A DNA stretch of 64,000 bases. Source: Octopus bimaculoides (Eukaryota). The stretch spans positions 13,716,725-13,780,724 of the forward strand of contig NC_068998.1 of the NCBI RefSeq assembly GCF_001194135.2. The letters are read 5' to 3'. The notes below the pieces were generated by a model. That model had not been told where the DNA came from. It saw only the letters and a list, made by a program, of their open reading frames with translations, and did not search any database. How positions within the stretch are numbered: position 1 is the first letter of the stretch; each line of letters begins with the position of its first letter. The translations under genes were made by a program, and so were the position numbers. Of the stretch, positions 51,602-63,914 are shown in pieces.

Positions 51602-52171
51602 AATGAAAAATCATGAAACGAAATAATCGAATAGTAGATTGCCACCGTCACAGAAATTCTACCTTACAAAAAAAAAAGGAAAAAAAGAAACAAGAATAAA
51701 CAGGAAAAGTAAAAGATTGTGTCGTAAGAATTCAACGCACTGTCAATGAATATCAACATCGCAAAAATATTGGCTTATTTAAGAGATATAGCTCATGATT
51801 TATCTTTTTTAAACGTTTCTTCCTCGAATCTAACTGCATTTTCATTTTTTTTTTTTTTTTTTTTCGTGTGAGTATGATTCTATTTTGGAAAGGTATCTGA
51901 TTTATATTTTCATGTCTATATTGAGAAAATTTGATATTAATAATATATTTTTGTCTTTGAATTTAGTTTTCTTTGTTAATGAAATGCGACGTATTTATTC
52001 TACGTATAAAAACTTCAAGCAAGCGAAATATTTACTCTGCGGATAAAATGTATGATGATGAATTTATCGATGTTGTATCAATAATGACCATGAATCTACC
52101 GTCCTACAATGTAATTACCAGCCAACATATTTACCGTGATGTAAAAAGCCATGATCCACTACAAGCTCCAG

Positions 52172-52616
52172 TCCTTGTTGCAGTTTGGTGGTTTGTGTGC
52201 TTCAATGACCCTAAGAGTTCTGCTAGGGGAGCGCGAGCTCTTAGTAGGTCCTCCAATGCTGGACAAGGCATAAAGTCCAAACTAAAATGGACCACCTCTT
52301 CCTAGAGGTAAAAATAAGTTTGCGGTGTACCAACACCCCTACCTAGAAGAAAAGCAGAGTTACAGAAACATCTGTGACAATTCAAAACCAACAAGACCTG
52401 AGAGAAGAAAGCTTTCTCTCAAGGAAATATATGAACTCATAAGAGAAATGAAGGTGAGGACACTGTAAAAAAATATCTAGAGGCTGAATACAAAGGTAGA
52501 GCTGAAAAACCAGGGATCCAACTGGGGAGTAGCAGAATAGACAGCCCAACGTTGAGAATAGTGTGGAAAAGTCGTCGATGGCCTATGCTCCATAGGGAGC
52601 GAATTAGTTTAAGTAA
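52172..52616 (+). mobile_element. short bipartite RTE derivative (5'UTR-like part fused to the ORF 3' end)
   Basis: ttcaatgaccctaagagttctgctagggg...agtaggtcctccaatgctggacaagg, then ...gtcgatggcctatgctccatagggagcgaattagtttaagtaa (VDGLCSIGSE*). Confidence 0.65.
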
Positions 52617-52794
52617 ACAGACACGGTAAATTTAGAGCTAAGAATTTACCAGACACTGAAACAGGCCTTTAATGCGTAGGTATTGTGGTTTCACCAAGTC
52701 CTCGACTAACAAAGGACCGTACTGAACACCCTAATATGTAACAATGAAGAATCTATAGCATGCAATCTTGTAATCAAACGTTTGACCCTAATTC

Positions 52795-52935
52795 TTAATT
52801 TTTTTTTCTTTAAGTTTGGTACTTATTCTGTCGGTCTCTTTTACCGAACTGCCAGTTTACGGGACGTAAATAAACCAACACCAATTGTTAAAACGGTGGC
52901 GACATGCACACACGTGTATGTATTATTTATATATA

Positions 52936-52983
<48 letters not shown>

Positions 52984-53109
52984 CATATATACATATAAAT
53001 ATTTACATACATATAGATATATACATATATATACATATATACATATAACTATATACATACATACACACATATACATATATACATATAACTATATACATAC
53101 ATACACACA

Positions 53110-53149
<40 letters not shown>

Positions 53150-53320
53150 CACACACATACTATGAGTTACCATTTAGTTTCCATCTACCAAATACAGGCA
53201 TAAGGCATTGCTCAGCACGAGGTTATTATAGAAAACATTACATTTGCCCAAAGTGCGGCGCAGTGGGACTGAACCCTCATCTACGCAGTTGCAAAGCGAA
53301 CTTCTTAACCACACAACCAT
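52795..53320 (-). mobile_element. degenerate SINE A with expanded internal (TA) tract
   Basis: Tail-like 52800-52900 and head-like 53165-53320. Confidence 0.7.
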
Positions 53321-53494
53321 GCATTCTCTCCACTGTTCAGTCTATTTCTGCACACCCGTCATTATCATATAACCCCAAGCCAATCCTGATTAAGCTGAAT
53401 TACGATCAAAGACATGTCACCTTTTGCCAACCCTTTTTGGTGCTATCTAGGGCTACATTATCCAATGTTTTCTTTCCTTAAGAACAATAGGGGT

Positions 53495-53610
53495 GTACAT
53501 TATTTACATTTGACAAATATTTGTCCTCATCTTGTTTGTTGTTAACACACCGCTTTGGCTGATATACCCTCAAACCTTCATCAGGTGTCTTGGTGAAATT
53601 TCGATCCGTT
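53495..53610 (-). mobile_element. 5'-truncated copy of the hammerhead-SINE family with degenerate hammerhead at 53544-53589
   Basis: Minus strand: GACAC-CTGATGA-AGGTTTGAGGGTATATCAGCC-AAAGC-GGT-GTGTT, plus the same tail as 63631-63727. Confidence 0.8.
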
Positions 53611-54289
53611 TATGTGATTACTCATCTTGTGATCAAAAATGAAGTGCAAAGGAGAAGAGGGTAGACAAACGAAGAATCAGAAGGCGCCCCCACAGACACA
53701 TACAGATAAAACGACCAATGGAGAAGCCTCTGTACTTGGTCACTTGAACTACAAATAATTGCAGCCGAATCTTCTTCAACCTAACCACCTCTGCTGTCTT
53801 AAAATGGACACAGTGGTTTAATATAATCAAATATGCATTATTTCAGAAAATAAGGTGAGATGGTCAGTACTTTAAATGACCTTTGTTCATAGACCTGCTT
53901 AATCGGAGCAGACTTGTTAAATAATGAGAAAAAAACAATGTAGAAATCAAAGTAGAGATAAATAAGTAGAAAAGTATGTGTGTGTATGAGAGCGAAACAG
54001 AGAGAGAGAGAGAGAGAGAAAAGAGTGGGGGAAGGCGGGAGAGATAGAGAGGAAGTGTGTGTTTGTGTGATAAAAGTCATACAAGCAGGTGAAAGTTGAA
54101 GACTGATTTGATGAAGTAACGATATATAACAGCTTGTGTATTATGGTGTTGTTCAAATGAATACATTAGAGAGACGGTGTTTCTGAAAGACGCAACAAAT
54201 AGAGACGGTTAAAAGCGATGATTTTGCAGACTGATTTATCGGTGCGGGTGTCCCGCTCACAGTGATGTATGAGAGAGAGACACAAGTTA

Positions 54290-54770
54290 AATATTTCGTT
54301 TTTGTATTTGGTTTGTAAGATCTCTAATGTGAAGTTGTGTACTGAAACATATTTTGTTTTATCTTGGGAGGGTCATTATGTTAATAATAAACACGCGTTC
54401 TGGTTCTATTTCACTTCTTTATAATTATTAGTCATTTGGTTACCCATTTAACCAATTAATTAATTGATTGCTTGATTTAATCGTTCGGCCAATCAATTGA
54501 TCTGTTAGGTTTGTGAAAATCTTTTCGTCGACATTTGTGATCTCATCAATGACATACCCTCGCGAATGGCAACAAAAGGACTTTGACAACCCCGACTGAT
54601 TAATTGATTGATTGATTGATTTACTGAACTATTAATCAAACAATCGATTAGTTAATTAGTTAAATAGTTATTGGTCAATAAAAATTAACCAAATAACTAA
54701 TAAAGATAAAGAAGTGAAAGAAAATTAGTGGTGTGCTTATTGTTGACATAATGACCCTTCCAAGATACTA
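54290..54770 (-). mobile_element. Penelope-like pseudo-LTR with inverted tail arms and degenerate hammerhead
   Basis: Inverted arms ~54355-54445 and ~54685-54765. Minus motif GGTATGTCA-TTGATGA-G..C-GAAA-AGATTT-TCACAAACC at 54508-54558. A deleted relative lies at 35590-35680. Confidence 0.5.
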
Positions 54771-55369
54771 GTTAGATAGGAAAGTTATATTTAGTTGACT
54801 GCAGCAAAGCCGGCTAAAGGTACCTACAGATGAGCATCGCAGGTAGTCGCCTAGGATGAAGGTATCACATTCTAAGGGATACTATAGCAAGTGCTCCAAA
54901 TTCCAGCAGGAGGACAAATTAAATTCTTTGGTGATTTTGTCAAAGGAAAAATGACATTGTAATAAAAAAAAAAAATTTTTAACCTTNNNNNNNNNNAAAA
55001 AAAAAAAATTTTAACCTTCAAATGCAGACAGGGACATATAAGCACAAGCTTGACTGTGTAGTTAGGAAGTTCGCTTTCCGACAAAGGGATTTTGAGTTTT
55101 AGGAAGACAGAAGAATCAGAAGACACTTCACACACACACAGAACAACAAATGAGTAAGCGTATATCCTTGATCTGATGAACTGTAAGAAAATGCAGCTGT
55201 ATCTCCTTCAACTTATCACCCCCTACCGTCTTAAAATGGACACAGCAGTTAATATAGTCTGATATACATTATTTCAAAAAATAAGACGAGATGGTCAATA
55301 CTTAATACTAACTTTTGATCATAGACCTGCTTGATCAGAGAAGACTTGTTCCTGAATAATGACAAAAAC

Positions 55370-55738
55370 AACATGAGAACTCAGAGAGCGCAAACCTCCG
55401 CCAAGGCAACACGAACGGCCTCCTAACGGTTAGCCGGAGATGATTTTTAAAATAAGAATATCTGAAATAAACTCGACTGCTCTCACAAACGAGAATACTA
55501 AAAATGAATCCGACCGCTCTCAAAAATTAAGTAAAAAATAAAAAAAAATAAAAATAATCCAGAATCCTTGTCTGATACCGGATCGATCCTAAAGTCTAAT
55601 CAATTCGTATCAGTCACGTGGCTAAACATCCCTGAAAGTTTCATCCGAATCCATCCAGCGGTTCTTTAAATATCTTGTCCACGGACAAACAAACACGACT
55701 GAAAACAATACCTCCGCCTTCGCTAAGGCGGAGGTAAT
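55370..55738 (+). mobile_element. non-autonomous Helitron/Helentron-like element
   Basis: Terminal 11-bp hairpin ACCTCCGCCTT-cgct-AAGGCGGAGGT (55710-55735), sub-terminal aacctccgccaagg near the other end, no TSD, A-rich site. Confidence 0.75.
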
Positions 55739-56123
55739 AAAGACATCAAATTAGAGAAAAATAAGCAGGTAAGTACGTTTATGTGTGTGAGAGAGAGAGA
55801 GGGGGGGGGTGGCATGAGCAAGAAAGAGAAAGGGAGAAAGAGAGAGAGAGAGAGCGAGAGAGCGTGTGTGTATTTAAGAGTCATATTGGCAGGTGAAAGT
55901 TGAAGAGTGATTTGCTGTATTAACAATCAATATTTAATTAGGAAGGGAGCCTTCAAAATTAAGCTACGCAATTGGGTTGTATTCTTTAATTTATAAGAAG
56001 AAGAAGAAAAATCGTAACATTTACCGTAACCTTTGCACTTTCTCTTCCGCTACATATTATTTCCTCGGTGTTTCTTACAAAAATGTATTTAAGATCATTA
56101 AATGAGAATACGATCCCTCTCCA

Positions 56124-56154
<31 letters not shown>

Positions 56155-56259
56155 ACACGCACACACACCACACACACACACTCACTCATAATTATATAAT
56201 TGAAAAACAAATTAGAAATTTTGATGGTGTGATTGAATTGTTTCAATTAGATTATTTTT

Positions 56260-57170
56260 TTAAATCATTTTAGTCGAGTGGAAACTCGATGTGCATGACC
56301 ACTTCTAGCACATCCGTAACTAGAGGAAGGGAAAAAGGGAAGGAGATATCCAGAAACCTGTGGTCTGGCCTGTGGTCTTCCAACGGTGTGGACTCTGCTA
56401 AGAAGCATCCAATACGTTGGGTGGTCATGTAAGTTAAACGAAGACGTCAAATGAAGTCCACCATGCAAACAGGACACGGCGGTATTTTGATTTGTCACTA
56501 GAAAATGGTAGGGATTCACTCCCCTGCTTGTAATATATATCGGGTGCAGATTGCATCGATAACCAGCCACAGGAGACGTCTTTTTTAGGTTAAAAACAAA
56601 ACAGTAGTAACGTCGGTTTGTACGGAACAGCCATGTTGAAGTGGAGACAAACATTACTTCTCAGTATAGTTACTACTTGCATCTCTTATAGAGGTTTTCT
56701 AACTAACTAATTTGCTTGTTACAAAATCTGGAACAAAAATAATAACTGGTCTGATTGTTTTACTTCGGGAGTAGAACTTCAACCACTTCCATTCCCGAAA
56801 GGATCACTTAATTCCAAGATCTACAATTTTTCTCTTCGGGAAAAATTTAAAACCCTACCAAAACATATAAGGGCGCCGGAATTCAGCTTATCTTGGATGA
56901 TAGCAAGCCCTGAGCAAGGGCTTCTAGACAAATTTTGGAAGGCAGATTGATGCTGCTTTCGATCCTCGCTTGCCAGAAATTCATGGGACTCCTTCCTTGG
57001 ATTTCTGGGTCTTCCCTTGGATTGTGTCTTTCTTTGACGAGAGGTTCAAGAATCCAGTCTCAATTGGTAACAGACGTCAAATTTGTCATTACAGGGCACT
57101 CGACCATCGAGATGATTTTTGTACTACCGGATAAAAAAATCACCTATGATAGGTGTGAAGTCACTACCAA
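56260..57170 (-). pseudogene. possible LINE ORF1-like coding remnant
   Basis: GC-richer, frameshifted peptide pieces (IDAI/PDIYY..ESLPF/IPPCPVC) loosely resembling Tx1 ORF1; no firm motif. Confidence 0.25.
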
Positions 57171-57990
57171 CTCTAAGGAAGACAAGTCTTGTCTTATTAA
57201 TATAATAAATCATTTATAATCATATATAAAATAAAATGTTCAGTTAAAATGAGTCTCATAAATGTGTATATTGTTAACAAAATAATTACTCTGATTTTAA
57301 GTTATAATTATGAATAATTGATTAGCATAAATGAATTCTGAAAAGTGTGAATTTGTCTGTCTCTTTCATAGTTAATAATAAGTTCGGTCGGCTCGGTGAA
57401 GTTTTTATAGCTGACCTAAAGTAGAATACTAATTTGTGTTGCGAATACCATAGGGTAGGGCTTTTTTCTCTTTCTCTATTCAGAAGTTCTACTAACTGGT
57501 AAACATCAAACTCTGAGTAGCAACAGAGAAAAGATGTTTCAGCTCTATAATATTTACGCTGTTTTGAGTATTGAGTACTTTTTCTTCATGTATGTGCGTG
57601 TACATGAGTGTTTGACAGCGACAGGAGGACAGAAGGAGAGAAAGACACAGGAAGAGAGAAGGAGTGAGAGAAGGAGAAAAGGGGCAATGAGAAGAGAGAG
57701 ACAGAGAAGGAGTGAGAAAAGAGAAAAGGAGAAAGAGAAGCGAGAGATAGAGAGAGGCAGCGCAAGAGAGAAAGAAGAGATGGAGGGAGAGACTGGGAGG
57801 GAGAGAGGGGGGAGTTGAAACGGAGAACAATTGGAAAAGTTGGTCTCCAACTTTTGCTATATGTTCGATCAACAGGTAAGGCAGACAGATTAGAGAAATT
57901 TGCCGATCGTTTGTTTCGATTTGTGCATTTGTCGTGTCGTATATGCGTGTGTACGTTCGCGTATATATAAAAATATATATAAATGACTGT

Positions 57991-58028
<38 letters not shown>

Positions 58029-58463
58029 ACATCGTTTAGTCTGAAAAATCAATTTGGTAGTATCGATCACACTAGAAAGTGCTTTCTTAGGCAACTTATG
58101 ATAGTAATCACTGAACGCTTTGCTGTTTTCACTTGACTTATTTTTTATTCTTTCTCTTCTGCATATTCACCTACATATTCTGTAACCATTGACTTAGTAG
58201 AAACATGCTCTGACATGGTTAAAAAATCATGCTTTCTACCCGAGGGATTCAGGTGTTCCTTCCCCCACCCCCGGACAGAGGCGGGCCGCTGTACAGTCTT
58301 TTCTCCTTACCACCTTTACTTATTTCGTTTAACGCTGTCTGTGTGTCTATAAAATGATTTGTAATACGGGGAAATAAGCACACGCACAAACCACACGCGC
58401 CCACACTATCATACATATACTTCAAACGAATCACCACACACACACACACACACACATATATAA

Positions 58464-58695
58464 GGCGGCGAGCTGGCAGAAACGTTAGCACGCCGGGCGA
58501 AATGCTTAGCAGTATTTCGTCTGCCGCTACGTTCTGAGTTCATATTCCGCCGAGGTCGACTTTGCCTTTCATCCTTTCGAGGTCCATTAAATAAGTACCA
58601 GTTACGCACTGGAAGTTGATATAATCGACTTAATCCGTTTGTCTGTCCTTGTTTGTCCCCTCTGTGTGTAGCCCCTTGTGGGTAGTAAAGAAATA
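58464..58695 (+). mobile_element. SINE B, young and full length
   Basis: ggcggcgagctggcagaaacgttagc...gccccttgtgggtagtaaagaaata. Confidence 0.92.
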
Positions 58696-58709
58696 ACACA
58701 CACACACAC

Positions 58710-58750
<41 letters not shown>

Positions 58751-59332
58751 ATCGCACACGTTTATGTACATATCCATAAAATTGACTATCTATACTTCAG
58801 TTCACGGGCGTGTGTAACCATTATTCTTTTTATATGTCTTTACCCGTATTTAATGTATATAGTAACCGTATAAGAGTTATACGTGTGTGTGCGCGCTCAC
58901 TCGTATTACACAAATTCATATACATGTGCATGACTATATATATATGTGTGTATATGTATATAGCACTAACACGCTATCATAATAATAGTATTTGGCCAGT
59001 GACATGGGCTTTGATAGAGATTATTTAGTGGTTTAGTGTATAAATATAATGTATAGATTCATTAAACGTACAATATACGGGGATACATTAAACGTAAAAT
59101 GTACACAATTCATTACACGTACGCTATACATGAAATGTATATCTACACAACACAGTAATACTACACTGAAACTATTTATGTACTTATGCGTAATATCTAA
59201 CTGTCCGCAAACTTTAAAGTCAGGAAGCTTACTAAATGTATAAGGCGAACAACAAAATATTTTCAGGTATGCATATGTAAAATCATGCATATTTATTTAT
59301 ATGCCCGTGACTTATTCGTCTGTGTACATACA

Positions 59333-59384
<52 letters not shown>

Positions 59385-60009
59385 CAGATTTATTTTTGCT
59401 TATATATTGTACACTGGGTGACATCTTGGCAATCAGCTGCAGAATGACAAACGGAAACAAAGCTAGCTTANNNNNNNNNNNNNNNNNNNNNNNNNNNNNN
59501 NNNNNNNNNNNNNNNNNNNNNNNNNNNNNNNNNNNNNNNNNNNNNNNNNNNNNNNNNNNNNNNNNNNNNNNNNNNNNNNNNNNNNNNNNNNNNNNNNNNN
59601 NNNNNNNNNNNNNNNNNNNNNNNNNNNNNNNNNNNNNNNNNNNNNNNNNNNNNNNNNNNNNNNNNNNNNNNNNNNNNNNNNNNNNNNNNNNNNNNNNNNN
59701 NNNNNNNNNNNNNNNNNNNNNNNNNNNNNNNNNNNNNNNNNNNNNNNNNNNNNNNNNNNNNNNNNNNNNNNNNNNNNNNNNNNNNNNNNNNNNNNNNNNN
59801 NNNNNNNNNNNNNNNNNNNNNNNNNNNNNNNNNNNNNNNNNNNNNNNNNNNNNNNNNNNNNNNNNNNNNNNNNNNNNNNNNNNNNNNNNNNNNNNNNNNN
59901 NNNNNNNNNNNNNNNNNNNNNNNNNNNNNNNNNNNNNNNNNNNNNNNNNNNNNNNNNNNNNNNNNNNNNNNNNNNNNNNNNNNNNNNNNNNNNNNNNNNN
60001 NNNNNNNNN

Positions 60010-60059
<50 letters not shown>

Positions 60060-60190
60060 AAGAGAGAGAGAGAGAGAGATGTGTGTGCTTGTGTGTGTGT
60101 GCATTAAATTAGTGGCACCAGTTCTCTGAAGCTACAAGATTTGGCGTATATATAAACCGATTAGTTACTTATTTCTCTAGGATTGGTCAA

Positions 60191-60252
60191 ATGATGTACA
60201 CCTCTGATGAGACTCCAATAAGGGTCGAAAATCAAGTAAGGCTGTTCGTCAT
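60191..60252 (+). ncRNA. type I hammerhead ribozyme motif with extended helix I
   Basis: ATGATG-T-ACA-CCT-CTGATGA-GACTC(CAATAA)GGGTC-GAAA-ATCAA-GTA-AGG-C-TGT-T-CGTCAT. Helix I has 12 bp and helix II 5 bp; the cleavage triplet is GUA; helix III is degenerate. Confidence 0.7.
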
Positions 60253-60539
60253 TTTATCATTCTACTGAGAATTTAGTAAGTTTGACGTGCTTGTATATTA
60301 TGTAGGTTTGTATGCGGAGAGAGAGAGAGAGCTATTCTGAGGGTGCTTGACCTGTCAGAAAGAGTAGTGAAATCCGTTGAATCACATTTGCTTTACAAAA
60401 GGAAGTACAGTCTGGACAATGTCGTCCTTGATATGCAAAAAGAAAAAATGTAACAAGTGAAATTTGGAACACTTTTGATCTTAGTTTGCTGAATGATCAA
60501 TCAGGGCAGGTCTACTGGCTTAGCTAGAATGTGTGTCAC

Positions 60540-60700
60540 CAGGGGCAGCCCTTAAATTAGCAATTAGCTGCCCCCATCTGCCCTCCCCACCACACCCCTA
60601 AAAAAATGCAGCGTACAACCCAACAAAATACGACCCAGAACTGCCACCCCTATAAAATCGTCGACCGGGATGGACCACCGACTCCTAGCTACGCTGCTGG
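60540..60700. mobile_element. possible hAT-type MITE remnant
   Basis: caggggc... start and ...cctagctacgctgctg end; no TSD seen. Confidence 0.3.
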
Positions 60701-61342
60701 GTGGGCCTAGGGTTAAATAACAACAACACACACAATATATACATACATATATATANNNNNNNNNNNNNNNNNNNNNNNNNNNNNNNNNNNNNNNNNNNNN
60801 NNNNNNNNNNNNNNNNNNNNNNNNNNNNNNNNNNNNNNNNNNNNNNNNNNNNNNNNNNNNNNNNNNNNNNNNNNNNNNNNNNNNNNNNNNNNNNNNNNNN
60901 NNNNNNNNNNNNNNNNNNNNNNNNNNNNNNNNNNNNNNNNNNNNNNNNNNNNNNNNNNNNNNNNNNNNNNNNNNNNNNNNNNNNNNNNNNNNNNNNNNNN
61001 NNNNNNNNNNNNNNNNNNNNNNNNNNNNNNNNNNNNNNNNNNNNNNNNNNNNNNNNNNNNNNNNNNNNNNNNNNNNNNNNNNNNNNNNNNNNNNNNNNNN
61101 NNNNNNNNNNNNNNNNNNNNNNNNNNNNNNNNNNNNNNNNNNNNNNNNNNNNNNNNNNNNNNNNNNNNNNNNNNNNNNNNNNNNNNNNNNNNNNNNNNNN
61201 NNNNNNNNNNNNNNNNNNNNNNNNNNNNNNNNNNNNNNNNNNNNNNNNNNNNNNNNNNNNNNNNNNNNNNNNNNNNNNNNNNNNNNNNNNNNNNNNNNNN
61301 NNNNNNNNNNNNNNNNNNNNNNNNNNNNNNNNNNNNNNNNNN

Positions 61343-61407
61343 GGGAATGAACCCGGAACCATGTGGTTGGTAAGCAAGCTACTTACCACACAACCACTCC
61401 TGCGCCT
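61343..61407 (-). mobile_element. SINE A head (rest lost in the gap)
   Basis: gaacccggaaccatgtggttggtaagcaagctacttaccacacaaccactcctgcgcc. Confidence 0.85.
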
Positions 61408-61570
61408 ATATATAAGATAACGGCCAACCACATACGCATATGCATATGTAGAGTACACGAACAAAATACAGTTAAATAACGTTGTAGAATGATGTCTATT
61501 GATCTATTGATTAATACATAGATTGACATATATAACCAGTACACATGTATGCATATAAATATGTGTGAGT

Positions 61571-61608
<38 letters not shown>

Positions 61609-61766
61609 GTGCATGCTCACTCATGCATATGTGCACACCTTGCACATTCGTAAATACAGACGTACATAAACATTTCCACAAACATATCCAAGTCCTAACA
61701 AACACGCATACATACATATAATACATACATAGATGCATAAACATGGTCACACATACGTTCCTAAAG

Positions 61767-61802
<36 letters not shown>

Positions 61803-62147
61803 TCATAGACAAATACATATTATTTTCATCGATACGTAGATAACGTTCATAAACGCGCGCGCGAACACACATATACACACATGGATGCACGCAAACACAA
61901 TGCATGTATATTTATTTATTTATAGACACATACAAACATATATATTTAGAAGTATGCACGTATGCATTCGGTTGCATCAACAGAAATAAGTGAACCGTGT
62001 CTTATGTTTTGTTATTTTTTTTTTCTCCTCCTATTCGAGAAACCGGCTTTTATTCTTTTCAAAATCTAGAAAGTATGAAGAACACTTCATAAGTACACGT
62101 GTGTGCGTGCGCGCGCGCGCGCGTGTGCGTGTGCGTGTGCGTGTGTG

Positions 62148-62180
<33 letters not shown>

Positions 62181-63074
62181 TTGTGGGTCATAGACGATGT
62201 CTACAGATACAGGTGTATCGTGCAAACATATGTACAAACTGGGGCCTCTAATCCACTGATTCCAAATTTCCTCTATAGCATTCTAGTGCGTAAGTCGCTG
62301 AGGGTAACCTTACGTTTCCCACATTCTTCTCCCTCTCCCTCCACCCACCACAAAAAATTTGGCTTATACACTAGACCCAGAAGGGCCGCCCTCATAAAAG
62401 CCTCGCTCGGGGAGGACTGACTAGCTATGTGTGCCGCCAGGGGTAGCCCTTGAGTTTGCCGCAATATTCCGTTCCGAAGCCCTAAAAAGATAACTGCTTA
62501 TACAGCCGACCTCCAAAATGACGCCCTAATAAAAAAAACATCACTCGAGGGGGATCGGTTCTCCCTTTTAATTCTGCAATTGCCTGCATCCCCGGGAAGT
62601 CTTTGATTAATTTCTGCACCCTCTACAAATTGAAAATGAAAATGAAAAAGTCAATTTTCTAACAACTTGAACTCTATTGAGATCTGTGGACAAATACAGT
62701 TCTTGGTGGGTTTAATAGAACTAAACTAACCCAGTAGAACTCAGTATTGGCTTATAAAGCGCTAATGTACTTTGTAGCATATATTATGGTAGCATAACGA
62801 AATACGGTATCCCTACAAGTCATTGATAAAACTAATTTGTTTATGGAACAAGGTTGAGAAACAAATTTACTTAATAATTTTATTCTGAAAAGCGATTTTA
62901 ATAAGATTAATACTTTTCCTCTTTTTCACATTTCTTGTAATACTATTTCGCACTCTCTAAGAATGCTGATAACCACTGGGCTATTGCACCTCCACCATCG
63001 GTACAGTACCAGGGTTCAAAAGTACCTGAAAATTACTGACCTCCACCATACACCTATTTTTTCTACGTAATATA

Positions 63075-63378
63075 CTAAAAAAATTGTCTGTTCCTTCTCG
63101 AGCCATGCCTGGCTCGTAAAGGCCGGTTTCCCGGTTTCATTGGCGTATAGGTTCCCCACCTGGACGGGACGCCGGTCAGTCGCAGGTGAGCTGCTAGATG
63201 AAGGAGGAAAGAAAATTGTAGCGAAAAAGTCAGCGGAAGTTCACCATTACCTTCTGCCGGCACCGCATGGAGCTTAGGTGTTTCGCTCATAAACACACAC
63301 ACATTGCTCGGTTTGAGATTCGAACCCGCGATCCCTCGACCACAAGTCCGCTGCCCTAACCACTAGGCCATGTGCCTA
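63075..63378 (-). mobile_element. SINE D-type head with a different tail
   Basis: Same tRNA-like head as 35837-36222, but the tail is cgactgaccggcgtcccgtccaggtgggg...gagccaggcatggctcgagaagg. Confidence 0.85.
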
Positions 63379-63630
63379 CACATATTGAAACATTGCGATT
63401 ATATAAATATGAGACCTCTCTAAAATTAATCAAACTTCACTAGAAGGGTTACTCTAGCTGAGCAACCAACCTGAGAGAGAGAGAGAGAGAGAGAGAAAGT
63501 GAGAGGAGAGAAAAGAAAGAGAGAGAGAGAGCGAGAAAGGGAGAGACAGAAGAGAGAAGGAGGAACTTGTTACTTGTAAGTGTAGTAGGGATAGTGCTGA
63601 GTTAGGTATGGCTCAACAAGCTAAAGCTTA

Positions 63631-63914
63631 CAATTGTATATTTAAAAGATGAGGAATTATGTGCATTATTTACACAATTTACATTATTTACATTCGACGG
63701 ATATTTGTCTTCATCTTGTTTGTTGTTAACACAACGTTTCGGCTGATATACTCTCCAGCCTTCTTCTGGTGTCTTGGGGAAATCTCGAACCTGGGTTCTC
63801 ATTCCTAAGATATTTTTCGATGTTATTATTATTATTGTTCAGGTCACTGCTTGGAATCAAACTCGGAATCGTGGGGTTAGTAGCCCACGCTCTTAACCAC
63901 TACGCCATATACCC
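63631..63914 (-). mobile_element. tRNA-headed SINE carrying a minimal hammerhead motif and a Penelope pLTR-like tail
   Basis: Minus strand: A box TGGCGTAGTGG, B box GTTTGATTC, (AAT)n linker, GACAC-CAGAAGA-A-GGCTG..CAGCC-GAAAC-GTT-GTGTT (63773-63728), AT-rich tail. A 13-bp direct repeat aagctaaagctta lies at 63618-63630 and 63954-63966. Confidence 0.8.

Larger units (their letters stand above)
53745..55925 (+). repeat. old direct duplication (53745-54125 vs 55180-55925)
   Basis: Shared gtcttaaaatggacacag...catagacctgctt...aataag...gcaggtgaaagttgaaga; the second copy is interrupted by a Helitron-like insert. Confidence 0.75.

Noticed and set aside
54961-55020. Direct repeat aaaaaaaatttttaacctt either side of a 10-N gap
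   Set aside because: A typical unmerged contig overlap artefact.
57492-58094. 200-aa minus ORF and E/R-rich plus ORF
   Set aside because: They derive from a GA-rich low-complexity tract plus (TG)n.
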